Part shown: positions 37,734-46,500 of the stretch, one piece after another
Layout of the letters: each line of letters begins with the position of its first letter
Numbering within the stretch: position 1 is the stretch's first letter
Source: a virus
Direction: 5' to 3' (one strand)
Virus record (IMG/VR): IMGVR_UViG_3300023242_000001
Location: 12,296 to 76,295 of that record
DNA: 64,000 nucleotides
Notes under the pieces: model-generated
The model's input: the letters and a program-made list of their open reading frames with translations, nothing else
Told to the model about the DNA's origin: nothing
Database searches by the model: none
Made by a program: the position numbers and the translations under genes

Positions 37734-38374
37734 GCAAACACCTGCAGGTTCTGGTTCCACAGCGCGACGCGCTCAGGCAGGCCGTTCGTGCCGCCGTTGA
37801 CCACAAGGCTCATGCGCTCGATGTCGCCGGCGTCGGCGATGGCGTTCAGGTCTTTGTCCGCCCAGAACCAGCCGGCGCTGAGCATGGCGTTCACGGGCAG
37901 CAGCAAGCGCTCGGGGTGGTTCACGAAGTCCTCGCCAATGGCTGCGCCGCACCGGCGGTGATTCGCCAGGCCCGTCAGCTGCTTGGCGCCCATGCCGCGG
38001 TGCCGCCACCCGTCGCCGGGCTTCACGTTGCCCAGGTTCTTCAGGCCCCATGGCCCACCGTAGATGGTATTGGCGATCGCCTGCTGGTCCGCGCGCTGGC
38101 CGGGCCGGCGACCGAACCGCTGCGCGTCTTCGACAGAGATGCGGTGGCGACCGAACCGCTTGATCAAAGCCTCGGTGCTGTAGCTGAGGTTCTCCTCAAG
38201 CTTGGAGAGGCCCTGCGACTCCACGCCGATCTGGGCGAGGAACCCGGCGATGCGGCGCGGCGACGTGATCGAGTAGGCCTTGCAGGTCCCCTGGATGAGG
38301 GGCAGAAAAAGCTCGGTATTCGCGCGGGTGGCGCCGGTTGCGCGCTGCACCTGGTCGGCGCTAAGTGGGATCAT
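37730..38374 (-). CDS. GH19 (chitinase-like) endolysin
   Basis: FLAQIGVES, EENLSYS, DGWRHRGMGAKQLTG, SAGWFW and VNGGTNGL motifs. Confidence 0.92.
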   Translation of the reverse strand: MIPLSADQVQRATGATRANTELFLPLIQGTCKAYSITSPRRIAGFLAQIGVESQGLSKLEENLSYSTEALIKRFGRHRISVEDAQRFGRRPGQRADQQAIANTIYGGPWGLKNLGNVKPGDGWRHRGMGAKQLTGLANHRRCGAAIGEDFVNHPERLLLPVNAMLSAGWFWADKDLNAIADAGDIERMSLVVNGGTNGLPERVALWNQNLQVFA

Positions 38375-38595
38375 TGTGGCTCCTTTGCTTGGACATCTTT
38401 GAAATTTTTGTCATCCCAAGAAGCAAACCCGATGTACGCAGCCACGACAGCACCCGAAAAAGCGTAAAACGCGCCTGCCACCGCGCCCAACTGCTCGGAC
38501 TCGGTGTAGAGCAGCAACACCGGGAAGGCCAGCCCTGCCAGCAGCGCCAGCCACGCCATGCGGCGGCGGTTTTTCCAGCGGTCCTTTTCGTTCAT
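38371..38595 (-). CDS. Putative holin (two TM)
   Basis: MNEKDRWKNRRRMAW; two hydrophobic segments; directly upstream of the endolysin. Confidence 0.65.
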   Translation of the reverse strand: MNEKDRWKNRRRMAWLALLAGLAFPVLLLYTESEQLGAVAGAFYAFSGAVVAAYIGFASWDDKNFKDVQAKEPQ

Positions 38596-39062
38596 GGCAG
38601 CACCTCGAAAATGTTGGAATCTGCCGACACCCGCTTGGCGGGCAGGATCGCCAGCGTCGGCTGAATCGTCCATGTGGTCGTGATGACGTACCGGCCCGCG
38701 TCGAGCGATGGGCATTTGCCGTCTGTCCACCACTTGAGCGTCAGGCCACGCGGTAACTTTGAATCTGGTGTGTACTTTGCGGACCCGGTGGCCGTGCAGT
38801 AGACAACCCAGCCCGAACCCACGGCCCCTGTTTCTTCCCAGGTTTTCACAGTCGCCACCCACGATCCATCGAAACTGCGATGGGTCGCCCGATCAACAAG
38901 CATCGGCACAGACTCACCCACGCGGGCCGGGCCAGCGTTGACCGAATGCACCTCGAACCAGAATGAGGCGGGCCACAGTTGCGCGGTGCCGTAAGCCAGC
39001 AGCCACAGGGCCATCAGCACAAACAGTTTGGTGTTTTGCAGGGTTTTGGCTAGGGCTTTCAC
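38592..39062 (-). CDS. Membrane-anchored periplasmic protein
   Basis: GTGA-coupled start; N-terminal TM; beta domain with two Cys. Confidence 0.55.
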   Translation of the reverse strand: MKALAKTLQNTKLFVLMALWLLAYGTAQLWPASFWFEVHSVNAGPARVGESVPMLVDRATHRSFDGSWVATVKTWEETGAVGSGWVVYCTATGSAKYTPDSKLPRGLTLKWWTDGKCPSLDAGRYVITTTWTIQPTLAILPAKRVSADSNIFEVLP

Positions 39063-39301
39063 AGGCGCAACCAATTTCTGAGAGCGCCGGTCAACACACC
39101 CCAACTCGCCACCGATGCAGCGATCAGGCCCAGCCCGGTGATGATCCATTTCGAGGCCCGGCCCAATGCGACCCAGCCGCGCCACGCTTGCGCCATCGCG
39201 TGCAATGCGGCCTTGTCCTCGGCTGAAAAGTCAGGAGCTGCTTGCAAGTGTTGCTCCAGCCGGTTGAGCAACTGGTCGGCTTGAGGTTTGGTGTAGCTCA
39301 T
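39059..39301 (-). CDS. Small membrane protein (holin/antiholin-like)
   Basis: One C-terminal TM; lysis-cassette context. Confidence 0.55.
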   Translation of the reverse strand: MSYTKPQADQLLNRLEQHLQAAPDFSAEDKAALHAMAQAWRGWVALGRASKWIITGLGLIAASVASWGVLTGALRNWLRL

Positions 39302-39781
39302 TCACTTCGCTCCTTTCGTCAGCAGGTCATCCAAGTCCTGCGGGCTCAGGCTTGCGGGATCTTTCATCTCCAGCGCGGCGGCGATTGACTCGCTGCAAAA
39401 CCAGCGGTCTAGGCGCCCGCGCACGAACGCGGAAAGCGTCTTGATGAATGCGGCCACCCCGAGGTAGTCATAGGGCTCGCCTTCATGCTCAATGAACCAC
39501 CAGCGCGCTCGCAGCTCGGCGGCGTAGTCGTACTGGGGCAGGGGCTTCACGTCCCAGCGGCCGCTGAAAATGTCGATCGACTTGAACCGCACACCGCCGT
39601 CTCGGGCGCTGCTGCTGGCGCATTCGGCCATGCCGTCTTTGATCTCAAACACCAGCTCGTTGTGGCTGTAGAGCGCGGGCAGATACGGCCACCAGCGGCG
39701 CGGTTTCAGGTGGCAGATCAGCCAGTGCGTAGTGCGGTGCAGCAGGCCGGTGGCGGGGCCTTTGTAGCTGGCGAGGTGCAT
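39302..39781 (-). CDS. Permuted papain-like (YiiX/NlpC-P60) enzyme
   Basis: YSHNELV (His) precedes PYDY and WFCSE (Cys). Confidence 0.7.
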   Translation of the reverse strand: MHLASYKGPATGLLHRTTHWLICHLKPRRWWPYLPALYSHNELVFEIKDGMAECASSSARDGGVRFKSIDIFSGRWDVKPLPQYDYAAELRARWWFIEHEGEPYDYLGVAAFIKTLSAFVRGRLDRWFCSESIAAALEMKDPASLSPQDLDDLLTKGAK

Positions 39782-40374
39782 CATGGAGCGGCCACCTCCG
39801 TCAGCACAACCTCGGGCCGCACGATGACGGGCGGCGGCTGGGTCAGCACGATAGGCGCTGGCTGCGTGACGATGACAGGATCAGGCGCAGTCACAACAGT
39901 CGGCGCGGCAGTGGCGTCCCCGCTGTTCGCGCCGGAGTTGCCGCTGATGGTGGTGATAGCCCCCGGCGCCTGAATCTGCCCCGCAAGGCTCACAAAACCG
40001 GCAGTCGTTGCAATGCCGGTGCGCGCTGCGTTGTCGCTGCTGCGCATGGACACATCGGCATTTGCCCGGATGCCGTAAATCTGCGTCAGGCCGGGAACAA
40101 GCACGCTGGCCCATTGCAGCGCGGCGTTCGGTGCGGGTGCTGCGATCTGCTGCGTCGGGCTTGCGGCGCCCTGCCCCAATGCCAGCGCCATGACGGCCGC
40201 GACCCGTGCCGCGCTGTCACCGGCGGCTGCAATGTCGGCCATCGCTTTGTAGCGGGCGGCGTCGGCCTGCCCCTTTGCCACGGCAACAGCTTGCTGTGTC
40301 TGCGCGTATTGCGCGTAGTCGGCAGATGCGCATCCGGTCAGTGCGAGCGCGATTATGGCGAGCAAGGTTTTCAT
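39781..40374 (-). CDS. Lipoprotein
   Basis: MKTLLAIIALALTGC lipobox; Pro/Val-rich C-terminus. Confidence 0.75.
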   Translation of the reverse strand: MKTLLAIIALALTGCASADYAQYAQTQQAVAVAKGQADAARYKAMADIAAAGDSAARVAAVMALALGQGAASPTQQIAAPAPNAALQWASVLVPGLTQIYGIRANADVSMRSSDNAARTGIATTAGFVSLAGQIQAPGAITTISGNSGANSGDATAAPTVVTAPDPVIVTQPAPIVLTQPPPVIVRPEVVLTEVAAP

Positions 40375-40811
40375 GCGAGGGGCCTTTCTTCGGTTGTGAC
40401 AGGTGAGTCCAGAATCACAAGCGCCCGCCCAACAGCCAGCAAGCCAGCGGCTTCAAGCATCTGCACGCCTGCGCGGGTGTCAGGCCGGTCCAAGTCCACA
40501 AACGCCGCTGCGGCCAAGTCGGCCTGATTCGCCCGCAGTGCAGCCGCTTGGGCGCGCTCTGCCATCGGCGCTGCCGGGTTGTCCAGGCCCGCGATTTCAA
40601 GCGCCACTTTTTCGGCGGTGGTGAATCGGTTTCGGAAAGCCAACCGGGTGATGCGTCGGCTGGGCAGCAGTGTCAGCGCACCATCGGCAAAGCTGTACTC
40701 ACCCAAGCGCAGCACATCAAAGTCAGCAGGCGCGTCAATGAAAGTGTCCGGCCCGGTGTAGGCGTCGGTGGCGGTGCCTGCGATTCGGTTGTTTTGGATT
40801 AGGAGTTTCAT
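40371..40811 (-). CDS. Tail-fibre-associated (assembly-like) protein
   Basis: ITRLAFRNRFT..E...FVDL...GLL..GRA..IL pattern, common after fibre genes. Confidence 0.6.
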   Translation of the reverse strand: MKLLIQNNRIAGTATDAYTGPDTFIDAPADFDVLRLGEYSFADGALTLLPSRRITRLAFRNRFTTAEKVALEIAGLDNPAAPMAERAQAAALRANQADLAAAAFVDLDRPDTRAGVQMLEAAGLLAVGRALVILDSPVTTEERPLA

Positions 40812-40820
40812 GGTTTGCCT

Positions 40821-41717
40821 TTAGATGTCGCAGCGCAGGGTGCCGACAAACCACGTCCAGCCGGGGCCGGTATTCGCAACCGAGAACGGCGTAACCATGG
40901 GCATTGCCACCGGGTAGGTAAGGCCGTTGGATGCCAACACGCCTGATGCAGCCGACTGAAACATCGACACAGCCGACCCCGCCCGACGGGTCGCAATGTT
41001 GACGCCAGCAGAGGTGCCGTTTACAGTGCTCAGGCCGACCACGATGTATGAGCCAGCTGCGTTTAGTCCGGCGATTGCGCCCAAGGTGCCAGCAGATAGC
41101 GCGTACTGAGGCGCGGCGCGCATGGTGGTCAACGCGGTGGAAGATGCGGCAATAGCGGCGAGTGCTGTGTCGCTGTTAAATATCGACATCTTCGCTGTAC
41201 TGGATGCAGCCACCGCTGTCATGGCTGTGCTGGATGCAGCCACCGCAGTCATCGCCACGCTCGATGCAGCCACCGCTGCCATGGCTGTACTGGATGCAGC
41301 CACCGCTGTCATGGCTGTGCTGGATGCAGCCACCGCAGTCATCGCCACGCTCGATGCAGCCACCGCTGCCATGGCTGTGCTGGATGCAATCACCGCTGTC
41401 ATCGCTGTGCTGGATGCAATCACTGCATTCATCGCCACGCTCGATGCAGCCACCGCTGTCATGGCTGTGCTGGATGCAATCACCGCTGTCATCGCTGTGC
41501 TGGATGCAATCACTGCATTCATGGCCGTGCTGCTGGCGGCCACCGCTGTCATCGTCACATTGTTCGCCGTGATTCTTCGGACCTGCCCCGGAATCTCCAG
41601 CAGAACCTGCAATTCTCCCCGGCGCGAATTGTTCACCAGCAGCGTTTGCAGTTGCGCACCTGTGATGGTGCCGTTTTCGAGCGCATTCAACATGCGCATT
41701 GCTGAAATCATTGCCAT
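40821..41717 (-). CDS. Tail-associated protein with 10-aa repeats
   Basis: 12 copies of AM[TNA]AV[AI]ASS[TV]. Confidence 0.75.
   Translation of the reverse strand: MAMISAMRMLNALENGTITGAQLQTLLVNNSRRGELQVLLEIPGQVRRITANNVTMTAVAASSTAMNAVIASSTAMTAVIASSTAMTAVAASSVAMNAVIASSTAMTAVIASSTAMAAVAASSVAMTAVAASSTAMTAVAASSTAMAAVAASSVAMTAVAASSTAMTAVAASSTAKMSIFNSDTALAAIAASSTALTTMRAAPQYALSAGTLGAIAGLNAAGSYIVVGLSTVNGTSAGVNIATRRAGSAVSMFQSAASGVLASNGLTYPVAMPMVTPFSVANTGPGWTWFVGTLRCDI
41196..41555 (-). repeat. 30-bp tandem repeat x12 with a 90-bp higher-order period
   Basis: Units such as ATGGCTGTGCTGGATGCAGCCACCGCTGTC on the plus strand. Confidence 0.95.
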
Positions 41718-41726
41718 TGGGTGTCC

Positions 41727-42635
41727 TTATATTTTGATGACGGTGACGGGCCAAGCGGCCCGAACGGCGGCGTTGGTAGTGGCTGCTGCCGCGCTGGCAT
41801 TGGTGAGCATGATGGTCACCGTGTCGGCTGCGCTGACCCAAGCGTGATATGACAGACGCGCCGTGTCTGTTGCGGTGCTGCCCAATTGATCGGGCGGTGT
41901 AGCGATCACCCGATCGCCAATGAACGCACCTGCGACGGCGCCGGTGAATGAGGCGCTGGAGAGTGCGCCAAGTGTGGCGATGGCGCATGTTGCGCTGCCG
42001 GTCAATACTTTGGCGGCAAAGCTGCTGGCAAACCGCGCATCAAACTCCAGCTCATCGAACCGGGTCACCGTGTCATATGAATCAACAAGCTCCCAATTTG
42101 CGGCTTCCAGCAGCCAGCAGCCCGAAGCAGTTGCGAAACAGGTTTCGTCGTCGTCAATCTCGGTACTGCCTGCGGTCCAGACGAACAGGCCCAAGCCTTC
42201 GACAGTGATTTGATCGCCAGTGGCTGGGGTGAGGCTGCGTAGGCTGGCTCGGTTGTCGTAGGTGACGTATGCGGCGCCCGTTTTGATGACAGTCCAGCTT
42301 GCACTCACGCCGGGCGTGGCCGTGGTCACGTTTGCCAGCGTGGCGTTGAGCGCCCAAAACTGGCCCGCGTGCGCCACGCTGGCCGGCATGGCAAGGGCGC
42401 CTGTCAGAGCACTCCAGTTACCTTTGAAGTTTGCAGCTGGCAGAGCAACCGCAGCGGCGGCATTGGCAGAGGCAGCAGCAGCAACAGCGCTCACTTCCCG
42501 CGCATCGACGTTTACCTCCAGCGCGTTGGCTTGCGTGGCAAAGAGGGGCAGCGCGCCCAGCAACGCATCGCCCTGCTCGGCAAATGTGGCCGGGTTGTTG
42601 CGCTGCGGCGGTTGGGGTAATGCGGTAATTGGCAT
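41727..42635 (-). CDS. Tail fibre / tail-tip protein
   Basis: MPITALPQPP...TF anchor-like N-terminus; position after the tape measure. Confidence 0.6.
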   Translation of the reverse strand: MPITALPQPPQRNNPATFAEQGDALLGALPLFATQANALEVNVDAREVSAVAAAASANAAAAVALPAANFKGNWSALTGALAMPASVAHAGQFWALNATLANVTTATPGVSASWTVIKTGAAYVTYDNRASLRSLTPATGDQITVEGLGLFVWTAGSTEIDDDETCFATASGCWLLEAANWELVDSYDTVTRFDELEFDARFASSFAAKVLTGSATCAIATLGALSSASFTGAVAGAFIGDRVIATPPDQLGSTATDTARLSYHAWVSAADTVTIMLTNASAAAATTNAAVRAAWPVTVIKI

Positions 42636-42636
42636 G

Positions 42637-43548
42637 TCAGGTCATTCCTTCAATTTCTGCGCGGAAATTGCTTGAGCTAAAGTTGTCGATGGTCAGACTC
42701 CAGTCGGCCAAAAACCCGTAAACGATCAGCGAGCCGAACGCGGTGGAGCCAATCCACACGACGTTGGTGGCTCGGAACCGGCTGACGTTTTTGACCACCG
42801 CATCGACGTTCTCGCGCAGCACCATGACGTTCAGGCTCATCTTTTGGCTGTAAGCGCGCTCGATCAATTGGATGTTCCCGAACGCATCGGGCTCTTTGCG
42901 CGAAAAGTCCCGAATCGAAACGCTGGCGCCGTATTGCGTGTCGCCCACTTCGGTCACAAGCCCGACAACCAGCATCCCGAGGGACACAGTGCCACCCGTG
43001 CGGGTGATGACGATGGTCAGCACGCCGTCGCCGTAAGCGGGCAAATTGAGCAGCGCGGCGTCGATCAGGTTGGTGATGACAAGCTCGGACTGCTCGTACA
43101 CCGGCTCATAAAAATACTGATACCAATCGCCCACGTTGACGCCTGACGTGAGGTTGGTGCTGGCGCTGTAGACGGTTTCGCCACCGGCCACAAGCGTCAC
43201 GCTGACGGTTGCAGCACTCAGGCCCAACAGCGCCAAGCTGTTGATGCGGCCCGGCGCGAGCACGATGGTCATGCTGTCGGCCACGGTGGTGACAGTGCCG
43301 ATTTTTTGGTCGAACATCGCCCAGCGGTTTGTCGGGGCAACAGCGAGCCATCGGGTCGGGGCCAGTTCGGGCAGCGTGGCGTTCACGCCGGCGATCACGT
43401 TCTCGTAAATCTGGTGCGTGGTGGTGCGGATCACGCGCTGGCCGACCGTGTAGCTGGTGGCAGCCACCCACGCCGGGTGGTCGGCCTCGGGCACGCTGCT
43501 GCTTACCAGCCGGGCGTCGTTGATCGCGGTGGGTCGGATGAATTTCAT
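42637..43548 (-). CDS. Distal tail / tail-tip protein with a CBM-like N-terminal segment
   Basis: WVAATSYTVGQRV segment; directly after the tape measure. Confidence 0.6.
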   Translation of the reverse strand: MKFIRPTAINDARLVSSSVPEADHPAWVAATSYTVGQRVIRTTTHQIYENVIAGVNATLPELAPTRWLAVAPTNRWAMFDQKIGTVTTVADSMTIVLAPGRINSLALLGLSAATVSVTLVAGGETVYSASTNLTSGVNVGDWYQYFYEPVYEQSELVITNLIDAALLNLPAYGDGVLTIVITRTGGTVSLGMLVVGLVTEVGDTQYGASVSIRDFSRKEPDAFGNIQLIERAYSQKMSLNVMVLRENVDAVVKNVSRFRATNVVWIGSTAFGSLIVYGFLADWSLTIDNFSSSNFRAEIEGMT

Positions 43549-46500
43549 GTAGCGGTAATCAGGGGTTGTTTGCCGCGTGCGGAGTCGTCAAGCACGGTGG
43601 CGGTGCGCTCGGCGTGGCGGTTGCCGGTGGCGCCGATGATTTGCAGGCGCTGCACTTCGGCGGTCAGCACTTCGACAAGCCTCTCAAGGCGTTCGGTGTT
43701 GCCGCCACCGACGCCCGATGTCGCCGGGTTGTAGGCCGCTGGCACAATCATTTCGCCTTTGTGGACTCGGGCGTCCATGTCGTAAGGCACGAAGTTGGTC
43801 CCAACGGCAAACTGCCGCTTCTCTTTTTTGCCGTAGAGCGCGAAGTGAACGGACGCGAACTCTGCGGCGTCCATGCCGTAGGTGTTGCCGCTGGCGAAGC
43901 TGGCCGCCACATCGGGGTAGCGCAGCAGGTAGGCGGCAGCTCGGGCCGCGTCGGTTTGACCCACAAAGTCAGATACGCCCACCACAGCGCCCGATGCTGT
44001 TTTTACGGTGCCGTCGGTGTTGAAAGCGCCCGACTGAAGCCGCGTGCTATCCACTGCGGCCTGCTGGATTTTCACTGCGGTCTGCGAGGTTTGCGCAGTT
44101 GTGAGTGCGGACTGTGCGCCCGTGAACGCAGCCAGGGCAGCGGACACACTCAGCACGCTGGCGTTGATCGCGCCCAGCGCGTCGAGCTGCTTGCTGTTGA
44201 CGCCCATCAGGTCGTCCAGCGCCTCAAGCTGCCGCTCGGCCTCGGTGAGCTGGTAGCCCGAGACTTCGCTCAGCTTGCTCAGTTTGCCCGCCAAGACCAG
44301 TTGATCGCGCTCTTGCTCAAACCGCGTGGCGTAGGCGGCCTTGCCGATGTCGCCGGTCACGGCGCCGATGGCGTCGCGCAGTTGCGAGGCGTCGGGCAGG
44401 TAGCCGGTGGATAGCGCCGTGGAAAGTGCCGCATCAATGAACGCCCGACCCTGCGCGCCTGCCTGCGACGATGTGCTGGCGACCTCGCTGTACAAGCTGC
44501 GCACCGCGTCGCGCACGGTCTCGAACACGGCGCGGGTGGCGCTCACGGTTTCGCGCAGCACGTCGCTTTGCAGCTTGAGCGCGTTTTGCACCGCTTCGAT
44601 GGCGCCGCGTGCGGACCCTTGTTGTGCCTGCTGCTCGGCTGCACGGGCGGCGTCGAGGTCGGACTGTGCGGCGTCGAGCGCCTTTTGCGCGTTGTCCACC
44701 GTGAGCTGGGCGGCGTTTTGCGCGAACTGGTTGAGTTCCTGCACAGCGCTGAGTTGGCGGGCGGCGAGCTGGTTGGCGCTGGCTTGGGCCAGCTGGTTGG
44801 CTGCGTCCGCCAAATTGCGCACCGACTGGTCTGCGGCGGCTGCTGCTGCTGCCAGTGACTGCGTGCTGCCGACAAGCTGCGCGAACCCTCCGCCCAAGGT
44901 CACCAGCGCTGCGTAGGTGGCTCGCCCGGCTTCGGTGTTGATGTCTTGCGCGTCGACCAGTGCGCGGTACTGCGCGAGAGCGTCGGTGGCGCCGGTGTTG
45001 GGCAGCGCAATGCCCAGCCTGCCCAACGTCTCGGTGAGCTGGCGAACGCCGGTGGCGGTGCGCTCTTGCTCGCTGTAGAACGCTTCGTAATAGGTGCTGG
45101 TGGCGGTGGCGAAGTTTTCTAGCCCGCCGAATGCGTCGGCCAGCTTGCTTGCCAAGTCGCCGCCGGCCAAGCTCGTTTCCAGCAGCTTGTAGCCCAGCGT
45201 GTCAAACGTGCCGTTCACCACCAGCAGGCTGCTGCTGAGCCGCTTGATGGCCAGCAGCGAGGTTTCACCCGCCCGCACAAACTCCGTACCGCCCAAGATA
45301 GCTGCTGCGACCATTTCTTCCAGTTGGGCCTTGAACTCGGCCCCGCCCTTGGTCGGATCGCCGTCAAGTCGGTTGTTGTTGAACGAGCCAATCAGGTTTC
45401 CGCTGTCAAATATCTGCGCTTGTCCGAAGCTGTTTTTCTGCGCGCCTTGGCCGTTGAGGTTGGCCGTGAAGCCTGCGTCCATGCTGAGCGCCATGCTCAT
45501 ACCCAGGGTTTTTGCAAGCCCCTTGGCAGCGGTCAGCGTGCCGTCCACCGTGGTCTTCACGAAGTCCATCAGCCCCGCGTTCTGGCGATCAAGCATGTCG
45601 TGGTATCCAGCGTCACCTGTGAGGCTCGTTGCAACGCTGCGCGCATCGGTTCCGCTGCTGCTGTAGATGCCGCCTTCATGCTGCCGCCCTGGGGTCTTCT
45701 TCATGAGGGCAGCTACAACAAGCGCCGCGACCGCAATGTAAGGTGCAGCCGCCATCAGGCCCGAAGCAGCGCCACCTATCGCTCCCATTGCTCCACCGCC
45801 CGCTTGCGCTGTGAGCGCCAAGCCGGATGCACCAAACCCGCCCGTCTGCGCGGCGAGCATGGCCGCCTGACTTCCGACGCCGATGCTGGTGGTCCCGATG
45901 GCTGCGCCGTAGGCGGCTGAGCTGCCCAGGATGCCAGCGCCGCCGAACAGGTTTTTCAGTCCTGACGCGCCGCTGAGAAGCCCGCTGATCCCACCACCGC
46001 CGCCGCCTTGCCCCGCCTGCGCCGCGCCGCCCGTCAGCGCACCGGTGAGGGTCTGAGCCAGAGGCTTCACAAATGCCTCGATCGTCGGGCGCAACACCAT
46101 CTTCTTGAAGGCGTTGACCAGGTAGTTCTTCAACGTGTCGACGAAGCCCTTGCCACTGGAGAGTCCGGCCTCGATCGCATCCGAAAGGGTCTTGGTGATC
46201 TCGTCCTGCGTGCCTTTGTCGAACAGCTTGGCAGCCTCGCCACGCGCGTTGTCGACAGCCTGCACCATGGCGCCTTGCAGGCCTTTCAGCTCAGCCTCGG
46301 CCGCTGCCAGCAGGCCCGCGTCGCCGCCGCTTGCCTTGTAGTCGTCGATGGCCTTGCGGATCTTCAACTCTTGCGCCAAGAACTCCAGGCGCTTCTTGGC
46401 GCCGGCCATCTCGATGGAGGCGTTGCGCTCGGACATGCCAGCGGTGGACTCCTCGAGCGCAAGCTTCTCGCGCGCCAGCGTCTGCGAGTCAAGCTCTGCG

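Noticed and set aside
41196-41555. CRISPR array or DGR repeat
   Set aside because: The units are contiguous in-frame coding repeats without spacers. No cas or reverse transcriptase gene and no TR/VR pair was seen.
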